A stretch of DNA of 64,000 nt, from assembly GCA_038249635.1 (NCBI GenBank), contig JBBSDG010000001.1, positions 2,037-66,036 on the forward strand. Direction: 5' to 3'. The stretch is from Bacteroidales bacterium. GTDB taxonomy: Bacteria > Bacteroidota > Bacteroidia > Bacteroidales > UBA4417. A program made the translations under genes and the position numbers. The first letter of the stretch is position 1, and every line of letters begins with the position of its first letter. The notes beneath the pieces are model-generated. The model worked only from the letters and a program-made list of their open reading frames with translations, did not search any database and was not told the DNA's origin. Shown in pieces: positions 29,868 through 39,344 of this stretch.

Positions 29868-31370
29868 TTAGTATTGTTTCTGATGCTTAAAATCCGTGTT
29901 CCGGTAGTTGCTGTTTTTCTTCAGCGGAATTTTCAGTCCATCGGTTTTTTCCATCCAATCATTCAATTCAAGCAAATGCTTTTTAATAACCGGTTGTAAT
30001 TCTGGCTTATCTATCAGGTTCTGAATTTCATTTGGATCTTTTTGGATGTCGTAAAATTCGTTGCGATCCCAAATTCCCTGATAACGGATGTACTTGTACT
30101 GATCGGTGCGGATGCCAAACATGGTGGGAGTCATCGGGAATTCCCACTCCCAGAAGTACTCGTAAAAAATACGGTCGCGCCAGTTGGTTTCATCGCCTTT
30201 TTGTAATTGAACAATGGAATATCCGGGCATATAATCCGGCTTTTTCAACCCAGCCATTTCCAAACAGGTTGGAGCAATATCGATATTTTGCACCATTTTT
30301 TCAATCACCTTACCACCTTTAAAAAGTTCAGGACAACGAACCAGAAAAGGCACTTTGACCGATTCTTCGTAGAAATGCCGTTTGTCGATCAGGCCATGTT
30401 CGCCCCAGCTGAATCCATTGTCGCCCATGTAAATGACCAGTGTTGATTCATCGAGACCTTCCTGTTTCAGGTAATCCATCACCGACCCGATGCTTTCGTC
30501 AACTCCCAGCAAAGTTTCGCAATAGTCCTGCACCATTGTGTTCATATCCGAATTGCCGTTGTACATGTAATCCACACCATGCCAGCTTACTCGTTGATTG
30601 GCGACCCATTCCGGCCATTTCAGGTCGCGGTAGGCACCGGTTTTGGTCTGGTCATAAGTTACAGGAAGCGTATATTTTTTGTTTTTGTATTTTCCTTTAT
30701 GACGCTTTGCCGGTTGAAACCCTGCATGAACTGCTTTGTGCGAGAGATAAACAAAAAACGGTTTGGTTTTGTCGCGCTCTTTCAGCCATTTCAGGGTGTG
30801 TTCGGTCAGCAAATCGGTAATGTAAGTTGAGTCTTTGTAAGCGATACGATTTCCATTGATATTCAGGCTTGGATTGTAATAGTCACCTTGTCCGCGAAAG
30901 CTTTCCCAATGCGTGAAACCCGGACGTGGAGAATCGCTGTCGTCGCCCATGTGCCATTTTCCGAAGAATGCAGTTTGGTAACCGGCTCCCTGCAAATACT
31001 GCGGAAAGTACGTCAGGTTTCCCGGATCGGGCGCCTGATTATCGACAATGGTATGGGTATGCGAATACATTCCGGTAAGAATGGAAGCCCGACTTGGTGA
31101 GCAAAGCGAAGTGGTGACAAATGCATTTTTGAACCAGGCCCCTTCGGCTGCCAGCTTATCCATATTTGGTGTTTCTAGCCACGGAACTTTTCCGGTAAAG
31201 CCCATAAAATCGTACCGGTGATCGTCGGTGAGAATGAAAATCACATTTCTGGGTTTAATGTTTTTATCTCTTTCAAGGGGCTTGAAATTTGCGGGAGATT
31301 TCTGTGCATAAACTCCCATTGCAGAGCTCAATATAGAAGCTCCCATCAATAATCTGTGTTTATTCAACAT
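29868..31370 (-). CDS. S1 family sulfatase (Cys-type, formylglycine-dependent)
   Basis: 500 aa with a signal peptide. Motifs: FILTDDHRYD, and LCSPSRASILTG (the C-x-P-x-R signature). The C-terminal half is conserved with the other two paralogs. Confidence 0.93.
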   Translation of the reverse strand: MLNKHRLLMGASILSSAMGVYAQKSPANFKPLERDKNIKPRNVIFILTDDHRYDFMGFTGKVPWLETPNMDKLAAEGAWFKNAFVTTSLCSPSRASILTGMYSHTHTIVDNQAPDPGNLTYFPQYLQGAGYQTAFFGKWHMGDDSDSPRPGFTHWESFRGQGDYYNPSLNINGNRIAYKDSTYITDLLTEHTLKWLKERDKTKPFFVYLSHKAVHAGFQPAKRHKGKYKNKKYTLPVTYDQTKTGAYRDLKWPEWVANQRVSWHGVDYMYNGNSDMNTMVQDYCETLLGVDESIGSVMDYLKQEGLDESTLVIYMGDNGFSWGEHGLIDKRHFYEESVKVPFLVRCPELFKGGKVIEKMVQNIDIAPTCLEMAGLKKPDYMPGYSIVQLQKGDETNWRDRIFYEYFWEWEFPMTPTMFGIRTDQYKYIRYQGIWDRNEFYDIQKDPNEIQNLIDKPELQPVIKKHLLELNDWMEKTDGLKIPLKKNSNYRNTDFKHQKQY

Positions 31371-31425
31371 GGTTGTATTTATTTGTTTGATTTATTTGTT
31401 TGATTTAATTATTTAATCTTTCACT

Positions 31426-33840
31426 TTATTTAATGACAATTAACTTCTTGGTAGTCGAATTTACCTGAACAAAATAAACCCCGTTGCCTCCAATCTGACT
31501 TACAGGAATTGTAATTACTGAAGCTGAAACAGCATTGGAATAAACAAGTGATCCCCATGAATTATAAATCGAAATCCTCGAATTTTCCATGTTCAATTTA
31601 ATCGTAATTAAATCGGTTGCCGGATTGGGGAATATTTCAAAATCATTATTGATGGACAATTGTTCGACTGCCGTTTTAACGGCCACTATAAGTTCCTGCG
31701 AAACATCTGTAGCTGCATTATAATTAATATTTCCAGCTTGTTTCGCTGTAATTGTTGTCGAGCCTGCACCTTTGATTTGAACCTGACCATCTACAATTGC
31801 AGCGACTGCCGGATTAGAACTGGTGTAAGTAGGAGCCAAACCTGAACTGGCAGATGCTCCGGGCAAAAAATCAGGATCACCATTTTTTTTAGACTGAAAT
31901 GGAGGAAATACAATCGTCTGAGTCCCTTTCGCCACGGTGAGCGACCGACTAATCTGACCAGCTGGATTGTATGTTGGATCGCCATCCTGAAAAGCAATGA
32001 TGTCGCAGATTCCGGCACCGATAATCTGAATAGTATTGTTCGATATTTTTGCCACTTTTGGATTAGAACTTGCAAACTGAACCGGGAGCCCTGAACTTGC
32101 TGATGCGGATATACTAAAATCGTTATCACCAACAGCTTTTGAAGGAATGGGATCATATTGAATCGTTTGTGTTTGCAAATTTTTATCGTTTTCGATCACC
32201 ACAAATACTGTTGAATATTTGGGTAAGCTTAATTTAATATCACCACTCCAACTTGTACCAAATGGTTTCAGGGTTGCATAATCTGCCGGACCACCACCTT
32301 CAAGGGTTGTTGTTTTTCCATTCACATATACTTTCCGCGAGAAATCACCATTGTCAGTTCCTCCGGTAAGCAGATAGTAATAATACCGGTCACCTGCTTT
32401 GAAATTATTCATCTTCAGACTGACCACTTTTTCTGAAGTTCCCTTATTTATCAGCACAATACCGCTTTGTCCGGATGAAAATTTAGAGGCATAGCTCACC
32501 ACGTCAGTACTTCCCGTAACAGTTGATTGGATCAACTTATCACCAAAAAATTTCTGGAAATAATATAAATAGAAAAAAGGTGCCCTTGGTGTGTATCTGG
32601 CAATTCCGGGTTCACCATCGGCGAATAGCCCATGACTGTCACCGTCACTCCAACCGTTCATAAAATCCCACCGGTTGCCCTGTCCAAACTGATCTTTGAT
32701 CAATTCCCCCAGAACGAGTGCTCCGTGTATTCCATTAATGTAGGATACCTGTTGCATTTTACCCTTTGGATTTATATTGTACTCGGTTAAAGCAACCGGC
32801 ATCGGATCCTTACCGGCAAATGTTTTCAATTGTTGATTTAGCATCGTTTTGATCCGGGTTACCTCAGTAATAGCAGTATTCAGTATTTTGATTGGATCGG
32901 ACTCTGTACCATTGGAAAAATAATAATGAGGAATAAGAAAATCGGCATGACCGGCCACCTGCGACATCACTCCTTTGTTCCAAAATTCGACGGCATCAAA
33001 TTTCGGGCCCTCTGTATTATACACAACAACCCCTATTTTGATATCGTTGCCTACTTCTTTGGCAGCCTTTCGCATTTCGTCGAGAAAAACTTTGCAATGT
33101 TTACCGTATAAATCGCCAGAAATAGTAAAAGGTTGTCCATCTTTATTGAGGGATTGATCAATGGTATAACCAGTTTCCCATTTCCCGTAATTTTCGTTTC
33201 CTATTTCCCAATATTTAGTCCTGCCATTGTCGTAACGTACCCAGTCGGCAGCGTATCTGGCCGCAGTAAGTACAGGGTCATCACTTGTACTATAACGTGC
33301 ATAAGCATAATTCACACAGATAATTCCAGTTGAATTTGTTTTGCTCAGAAAGCTATAATACGAATCTAAGGACATAGTCCAACTGTTTTTATTGGCACCA
33401 TACAACTGAACGTTATATTCAAATGTTGGTGGCAGATCCAATGGACATGTGGCCTGACTGGTAGCATCCCAGAAATAATCGTTCGACATGTTTCCTCCCG
33501 GCCAGCGAATCACCTGGGGCGAAAGGTTAATCACCTCATTGACCAAAGAAGCATTTACCTCCAGCTTTCCGACCCATACCGCTGCATTGTGTCCGTAAAC
33601 ATTACTGCTTACTTTCGAAACGATTGTTCCCGCATCAACGGTAATGTTAACCGTAGATGGCAATGTGACCTGTTCAAGATTTTCATAATCTTTTATTTCA
33701 ATATTTTTGGGCACCCAATTCTCCAGAAATATGCCCTGCGAGCTGATTTGAGCTGAAACAAATGAAGGTAAAAGACCAAAATAAAAGAACAGGATAAGTA
33801 GATTCAAACTTTTCTTAATGCTGATGATTTTAAAATTCAT
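31426..33840 (-). CDS. Secreted clan GH-A glycoside hydrolase with two Ig-like (Big_2-type) repeats and a T9SS C-terminal sorting domain
   Basis: 804 aa with a signal peptide. The catalytic region has IRWPGGNMSNDYFWD and YWEIGNENYGKWE. Two roughly 80-aa internal repeats follow (...ASASSGLPVQFASSNPKVAKI...GAGICDIIA and ...ASASSGLAPTYTSSNPAVAAI...GAGSTTITA). The tail FEIFPNPATDLITIKL...ISIYNSWGSLVY...GVYFVQVNSTTKKLIVIK is typical of Por/T9SS CTDs. Confidence 0.8.
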   Translation of the reverse strand: MNFKIISIKKSLNLLILFFYFGLLPSFVSAQISSQGIFLENWVPKNIEIKDYENLEQVTLPSTVNITVDAGTIVSKVSSNVYGHNAAVWVGKLEVNASLVNEVINLSPQVIRWPGGNMSNDYFWDATSQATCPLDLPPTFEYNVQLYGANKNSWTMSLDSYYSFLSKTNSTGIICVNYAYARYSTSDDPVLTAARYAADWVRYDNGRTKYWEIGNENYGKWETGYTIDQSLNKDGQPFTISGDLYGKHCKVFLDEMRKAAKEVGNDIKIGVVVYNTEGPKFDAVEFWNKGVMSQVAGHADFLIPHYYFSNGTESDPIKILNTAITEVTRIKTMLNQQLKTFAGKDPMPVALTEYNINPKGKMQQVSYINGIHGALVLGELIKDQFGQGNRWDFMNGWSDGDSHGLFADGEPGIARYTPRAPFFYLYYFQKFFGDKLIQSTVTGSTDVVSYASKFSSGQSGIVLINKGTSEKVVSLKMNNFKAGDRYYYYLLTGGTDNGDFSRKVYVNGKTTTLEGGGPADYATLKPFGTSWSGDIKLSLPKYSTVFVVIENDKNLQTQTIQYDPIPSKAVGDNDFSISASASSGLPVQFASSNPKVAKISNNTIQIIGAGICDIIAFQDGDPTYNPAGQISRSLTVAKGTQTIVFPPFQSKKNGDPDFLPGASASSGLAPTYTSSNPAVAAIVDGQVQIKGAGSTTITAKQAGNINYNAATDVSQELIVAVKTAVEQLSINNDFEIFPNPATDLITIKLNMENSRISIYNSWGSLVYSNAVSASVITIPVSQIGGNGVYFVQVNSTTKKLIVIK

Positions 33841-33875
33841 AGTTTTTGATTCTGTTTGTTTAAATTCGATATCAG

Positions 33876-34925
33876 CTATTTGAGCGTCCGGCTGCCAACC
33901 CCTTCTGTGGTAATTTTCACTGGTTTGATCAAGCCATTTTCGTCGAAATACATACGATCGATGCAGGTTTCGCGGTGGTTACCATCAGTTTCTGTTAATG
34001 GGCGGCGATGATATACAATGTACCAGTCGTCTGTTTTGGGAATATTAATTACCGAATGGTGGCCTGCACCACGTGCAATATTTTCATCCTGCTGAAGCAC
34101 TTTAGCTATACGTTTAAACGGACCAAAGGGCGAATCGGCTATGGCATAAGCCACCGAATAATCGGGGCCGGTCCAGTTGCCTTCGCTCCACATCAGGTAA
34201 TATTTGTTATTTCTGATAAACATGAACGAACCTTCGACATAGTTTTCAGGAGTAATTTCCTTGTAAACCGAACCATCGGGATAAGGAATCAGGCCGGTAA
34301 AATCGTCTTTGATCTGAACAATATTGCAATGCCGCCAACCTCCATATATCAGGTAATATTTCCCATCCTGATCGTGAAAGATAAACTGATCGATGGGTTG
34401 CGCACCGTTGGCAATTTCATTGATGAGCGGTTTACCCAGATAATCCTTGAACGGACCGCCTGGTTTTTTGGAAACAGCGATGCCAATTCCCCCCATCTGT
34501 TCGCTGGTTTTAATGTCGTTGGCACCGAAAAACAAATAATATTTCTTGTCTTTTTTGATGATCGATGGCGCCCACAGCGAATAAGCCGCCCACTTTACAT
34601 CTTTTACATCAAGCACATGCGAATGCTTTTCCCAATTTACAAGGTCTTTGGATGAAAAGGCATTGAAGAAAGTCTGCAAAAGAAATGGTGCCCAAGGCTT
34701 GTTTTTCTTCCGTTCGTTTTTCTGCCAGTCGGTAAGCACTGCCGACGAATCGGGGACTTCGGCATGAGCCGAATAAGTCGGATAAATCCAATATGCATCG
34801 CCAAAAATGATGGCTTCCGGATCGGCATACCAGCCATTGAAAATGGGGTTTCCGCTTGTTTTTGGTTGCGAAAAAACTGAATAGCTCATCACTACGACTA
34901 AAGTCAGTAAATATATTTTTCTCAT
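33876..34925 (-). CDS. GH43 family glycoside hydrolase (arabinofuranosidase/xylosidase-like)
   Basis: 349 aa with a signal peptide. It starts NPIFNGWYADPEAIIFGDAYWIYPT (catalytic Asp context) and contains WAPSIIKKDKKYYLFF and a five-bladed-propeller-like repeat pattern. Confidence 0.85.
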   Translation of the reverse strand: MRKIYLLTLVVVMSYSVFSQPKTSGNPIFNGWYADPEAIIFGDAYWIYPTYSAHAEVPDSSAVLTDWQKNERKKNKPWAPFLLQTFFNAFSSKDLVNWEKHSHVLDVKDVKWAAYSLWAPSIIKKDKKYYLFFGANDIKTSEQMGGIGIAVSKKPGGPFKDYLGKPLINEIANGAQPIDQFIFHDQDGKYYLIYGGWRHCNIVQIKDDFTGLIPYPDGSVYKEITPENYVEGSFMFIRNNKYYLMWSEGNWTGPDYSVAYAIADSPFGPFKRIAKVLQQDENIARGAGHHSVINIPKTDDWYIVYHRRPLTETDGNHRETCIDRMYFDENGLIKPVKITTEGVGSRTLK

Positions 34926-34984
34926 CTGAATAAAATATTATTACTTAGTCCATTGTTTTATAAATTGCGAAAACGCGTTTAGAG

Positions 34985-36643
34985 TTAAGGTTTAATTTTC
35001 TTGTATTCGGCCCAATCAAACATTGCTTTGGAAGGCGATTTTGCATACGAATACAATCCGAAATAGGCACCAATATACCCTCCGGCCACTCTAGTGCTCA
35101 AATGTCGACCATCCAGTACGCCTCCAACAAACTGCCATTTCTTTTCATCCAAACTGTAAGCACACTGAAACTTATCGGCAAGGATTTGCATCTTCAGGAA
35201 AACCTTTTGTCCAGCCTTATAGGAAGGTAGTTCGGTTTTGAAAAACTCTTGTTTGTCCGACGAAATGATTATAAAATGGTTGTTTTCCTGTAGCTCAACA
35301 ACCATTTTGTAAAAGAATTTTTCGTTTTGGAAAACCACAATACCGGCTTCCATCTCATTTCTTCTTCCGTTTTCTTTTTCTGTCTGCATGCTTACTGAAG
35401 TTGAAAATTCAGCATTTGCATGTTGTAACCGGCGACCAATAAAAGATGGGTTCCCAACCTCGTCGATGCTTATCGGGCGGGCATTGATTGTTAATGTTCC
35501 ATTGTCAATGCTGTACCACTTTTCTTTTGGTGTGCGGATGAAGTTCCATTCCAGTTTTAGTTCAGGTTCGTTAAAATCATCCTTCCAATTGGCCGAATAT
35601 TCGCGAAAAGTTACTTTTCCTTCATCGGCTTTCAGGGGCAACGATACCTGGTATGGAACAGCTTTGCCTTTTTCGAGAATAATGGGCCATTCACCACTCC
35701 AGTCAACATTTTGGATAAATGTTTGCCGCCCTGTATTGAAAAATTCACCTTCATAAGGCTGACAACCCAGAAAGACAGCAACCCAGTCACCATTGGGGGT
35801 TTGAACAAAATCAGCATGACCGGTACAAGTAACAGGGTCAACCCGATCCGCGGGCAAGTCTCGTTGTGTCAGGATCGGATTGTCTTTGAATACTTCATAA
35901 GGCCCCCAGATATTTCTGCTGCTAAAAATTACCTGTGAATGTTCAAGCCCGGTGCCACCTTCGGCGCAGAGCAGGTAATAATATCCGTTCTTATTGAAAA
36001 TATGCGGACCTTCGATCCAGATTGGTTTTTTTGTAATGTCAGTCCCGCCATTTACTATCTCTACGCGCTTTCCAATTGGTTTTTTAGCCGCTAAATCAAA
36101 TTTCTGTAACCAAAGCGAACGATGCCCATTGTACAATGGCTTACCGTCGGCTACCGGACCATTGTTCACCAGATAAGCTGTTCCATCCAGATCAAAAAAG
36201 AAGGATGGATCAATCCCGTCAACTTCTTTTAGCCAATTTGGTTCAGACCATGGCCCTGCTGGATTTTTAGCTGTAACATAAAAGTTTCCACCCTTTCCAC
36301 CCATCAACGTTGTAATCATGTAAAAAACTCCTTCATGATAGCGGATAGAAGGTGCATATAGCCCTGCAGAAATCCATTCATCGGTAAGGTTCAGTTGTGA
36401 GGGCCGATCCAATACATGTCCAATTTGCTTCCAATGCGTAAGATCTGTACTATGGAAGATTGGAATTCCGGGAAAAAACGAAAACGAAGAATTGACCAGA
36501 TAATAATCGTTACCAACCCTGCAAATACTTGGATCGGGATAAAAACCGGGTAGTATCGGGTTCATCACTTGGGCATTAACCGATGTAAAAACTGTACTCA
36601 TAGCTACAATTAAGATTATGAGAAAATTGTGGATTAAGTTCAT
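34985..36643 (-). CDS. GH43 beta-xylosidase / alpha-L-arabinofuranosidase with C-terminal beta-sandwich domain
   Basis: 552 aa. Contains NPILPGFYPDPSICRVGNDYYLVNSSFSFFPGIPIFHSTDLTHWKQIGHVLDRPSQL and EGPHIF. It is a paralog of 40792..42498. Confidence 0.9.
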   Translation of the reverse strand: MNLIHNFLIILIVAMSTVFTSVNAQVMNPILPGFYPDPSICRVGNDYYLVNSSFSFFPGIPIFHSTDLTHWKQIGHVLDRPSQLNLTDEWISAGLYAPSIRYHEGVFYMITTLMGGKGGNFYVTAKNPAGPWSEPNWLKEVDGIDPSFFFDLDGTAYLVNNGPVADGKPLYNGHRSLWLQKFDLAAKKPIGKRVEIVNGGTDITKKPIWIEGPHIFNKNGYYYLLCAEGGTGLEHSQVIFSSRNIWGPYEVFKDNPILTQRDLPADRVDPVTCTGHADFVQTPNGDWVAVFLGCQPYEGEFFNTGRQTFIQNVDWSGEWPIILEKGKAVPYQVSLPLKADEGKVTFREYSANWKDDFNEPELKLEWNFIRTPKEKWYSIDNGTLTINARPISIDEVGNPSFIGRRLQHANAEFSTSVSMQTEKENGRRNEMEAGIVVFQNEKFFYKMVVELQENNHFIIISSDKQEFFKTELPSYKAGQKVFLKMQILADKFQCAYSLDEKKWQFVGGVLDGRHLSTRVAGGYIGAYFGLYSYAKSPSKAMFDWAEYKKIKP

Positions 36644-36650
36644 GATATTT

Positions 36651-37868
36651 TTAGTGAATTAGTTGTTTTAAATATTCTTCCTGAATGGCCAGAATCCTCA
36701 TCCGTTTTTCGCCTGAAAACTGTTCCAGATATGTTCCGCCAACCGTAAAGCAGCAAAAACCTCCAGAAGAAATTCCCCAGGAAATGGCTTCATGTAAGCT
36801 GAAATTTCCTTTGGTGGTATTTTTTTGCTGCATGGCCAGCGAAGTAATGATTCCTCCGGCAAAATTATCGCCACATCCGGTGGTGTCACCGCGCATTTCA
36901 GGACTGCCTCTAAGTACATCGCCAATCATTCGGGAAACCGGAAATTTCAGGATTCCTGTCTTTTGAAAAAGCCCGCCACCCGACCAGGCCAAAAGTTCGT
37001 TTGCACCATTGGTTATTATGAAAGAAGAAACTTTTGTATTCGAAAAATAAGAGGCTGCCTCATCTAGCGTTTTCGTGCCACTGATCTTTAACGCTTCCTC
37101 GCAATCCATAATCAGAACATCAATCAATTGGTAATCCTGAACAGAATCCAGCAAAGGCCAAGGTTTATTGGGATTATTTTTCTGATTTCTGAAATCGAAA
37201 ACCGTATTTACCACCGTAATGCAGTCTTTCTGTTTGGAATGTTTTAACAACCGGCTTATACCATCGTGTACATGTGGAACAAGGGCTGTTCCTCCATAAC
37301 ATTGAATATCGGCATCGAAAAATTCACCGTCAATCTGTTTCGGAGTGAAATCCCAGGCGGCTCCAATGTTATTTACAAAGGTTCGTTCGCCATGTCCGTG
37401 GTCGTAATCGGGATCAGAAAATACATCGGTTGTCGGCGTTGCCCTTTCAGCCGATGACTTGTAATACTTAATATTGAGCGGTGTTTGCTTTACAATCCTG
37501 AAAATCTGATTGGCGTAATCATCGTTTCCGGCCATACCGAAAAACTTCACTTCAAAATCATTTTGGTCGAGCATTTGTGCTGCATGAATAAGCGCCACCA
37601 ACGAAGGTCCACCCACATTCATCGCATCCGGCGGACGATTTCCAACGATATCACACAAAATCTCCCGATAGCTATTTCCGGAAAATTTCTCCAGCTCTTC
37701 GGTAAAAACCAGTTTACCCGGACTCAATCCTCCGTCACCGATGTGCTTGGAAGTATAATTTTCAAATTCAGGACTTGAAAACGATACCCGGTTATAAATC
37801 AAATCGGCTATCGCACAACCAGCACCTGCTATGGTAATTTTTTCAGTATTCATTAAATGTATCTTCAA
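36651..37868 (-). CDS. PfkB family carbohydrate kinase (unusually long, about 400 aa)
   Basis: The N-terminus ITIAGAGCAIADLIYN is the PfkB motif-1 region. The C-terminal DTTGCGDNFAGGIITSL corresponds to PfkB signature 2, DTxGAGDxF. Confidence 0.8.
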   Translation of the reverse strand: MKIHLMNTEKITIAGAGCAIADLIYNRVSFSSPEFENYTSKHIGDGGLSPGKLVFTEELEKFSGNSYREILCDIVGNRPPDAMNVGGPSLVALIHAAQMLDQNDFEVKFFGMAGNDDYANQIFRIVKQTPLNIKYYKSSAERATPTTDVFSDPDYDHGHGERTFVNNIGAAWDFTPKQIDGEFFDADIQCYGGTALVPHVHDGISRLLKHSKQKDCITVVNTVFDFRNQKNNPNKPWPLLDSVQDYQLIDVLIMDCEEALKISGTKTLDEAASYFSNTKVSSFIITNGANELLAWSGGGLFQKTGILKFPVSRMIGDVLRGSPEMRGDTTGCGDNFAGGIITSLAMQQKNTTKGNFSLHEAISWGISSGGFCCFTVGGTYLEQFSGEKRMRILAIQEEYLKQLIH

Positions 37869-37914
37869 CTCCCGTTTTTCAATCGTAAATCGTAAATAAT
37901 AAAATCGTAAATTT

Positions 37915-39327
37915 CTACCGGTGTCGGTACAAATCCCATTTTAAATAGGTCGAAACAGCTTCTTCAATCACATCGGTAACATTTCCGCGAACCATTGCCA
38001 CATGATGTTCGAAACCGTTATTACACAAGTGTTTCATCAGCGGTTGCAGGTTGTTAATCTTGCAAATGGCTGTCCCACCATCGAGCTCAACGGCATCGTT
38101 GGTGTATTCGCCTTCGCCCAGGTAGGTTTTAATCCGGCCTTTGGTATCGTCGGTCGAAATGCGGAAGAAGGTAAATGGCCCATCGTTCACCTTGCCTTTA
38201 ATGGCGCCAAAACATTTGTCTTGGCCCACAATGGTTCCCATAATCTGAAGGTTCGAGATTTCGATTGGAGCCTGCACAAAACTTTTCGGATAATTGCCGC
38301 AATGCCAGCTGATGCATTTGTTGCGGTCGTCGCCAAAGTTATTGTTCCAATCGAGAATAGCCGAAGCTTTTCCTGAAGCCAGAGTGAGCGCGTACATCGA
38401 AACGGCGCCACAAACGTCCACTTCACAGGCACTTGGCAACAACTTGTCGCCCAGCATACTCATACTCAAACAGGCGGCACAGCCATAACTTTCCTGGATG
38501 GATGTCCAGCACTGAAAAGCAGCGGCATCAATCTCATTGTCGGTTATCCATTTTTCGCACGACAAACCGAATTTGGCCTGTTTACGAATGTTCTCTTTGG
38601 CAATACTTTCAGGAATGCGGCCATACGCGTGTATTTCGTCGAGTTTGCGTTTCAGCTCTGGCGCATCATTACCGATTTTTTCGGCTGCGAACAAGATCTC
38701 CGAAAGATCTACAGGAACTACCGTAATGCCTGTTTTCTGAAGCAACTTCTCGCTGAACCGTACCGTTTGAAAAGCGGCAGGACGCGCGCCAATTGCTCCA
38801 ATACGGGCATCCGTCAATCCGTTAACAACCCTGCAGGTTGCTGCAAACTTGTGCACATCGGCTGCAAACTCCGGACTTGAAATTTTACAAGTGTGTGTTG
38901 TTGTAAGTGTAAACGGAATATCGTGTTGATAAAGGTTATTACAAACCGAAAGTTTCCCGCAAAACGAGTCACGGCGTTCGGCAATGGTACCCTTTTCGAT
39001 CTTATCGTCGCTGGCCTGAACCAGAATTGGAACATTAAGTTTCGACCATTCTACCGCGTTCACGATCCCCAGCTCATCACCAAAATTGGGCAATGAAATG
39101 ATAATTCCATTAATGCGGTGCCGGTTGGTGCTGAACAATTCAGCCACTTTACGTGCATCCTGAATGCTTTCCACCACTCCTGTTGGAGTCGCTTCGTTGG
39201 GAAGGACAATATAATCGTAGCCCAGTTTTTCCATCAATTCAACGAGTTCTTTTTTGCCATTTACAGCCAGTGAGCTGTTAAAGAACCCGCGGGTTCCGAC
39301 GATTAGGCCAAATGTTATTTTTTTCAT
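37915..39327 (-). CDS. L-fucose isomerase-like (FucI/AraA superfamily) sugar isomerase, substrate unknown
   Basis: 470 aa and cytoplasmic. The N-terminus MKKITFGLIVGTRGFFN... and the overall length and layout resemble the short L-fucose isomerase family proteins. This call rests on general resemblance only. Confidence 0.5.
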   Translation of the reverse strand: MKKITFGLIVGTRGFFNSSLAVNGKKELVELMEKLGYDYIVLPNEATPTGVVESIQDARKVAELFSTNRHRINGIIISLPNFGDELGIVNAVEWSKLNVPILVQASDDKIEKGTIAERRDSFCGKLSVCNNLYQHDIPFTLTTTHTCKISSPEFAADVHKFAATCRVVNGLTDARIGAIGARPAAFQTVRFSEKLLQKTGITVVPVDLSEILFAAEKIGNDAPELKRKLDEIHAYGRIPESIAKENIRKQAKFGLSCEKWITDNEIDAAAFQCWTSIQESYGCAACLSMSMLGDKLLPSACEVDVCGAVSMYALTLASGKASAILDWNNNFGDDRNKCISWHCGNYPKSFVQAPIEISNLQIMGTIVGQDKCFGAIKGKVNDGPFTFFRISTDDTKGRIKTYLGEGEYTNDAVELDGGTAICKINNLQPLMKHLCNNGFEHHVAMVRGNVTDVIEEAVSTYLKWDLYRHR

Positions 39328-39344
39328 AATATCTTAGATTCCAC

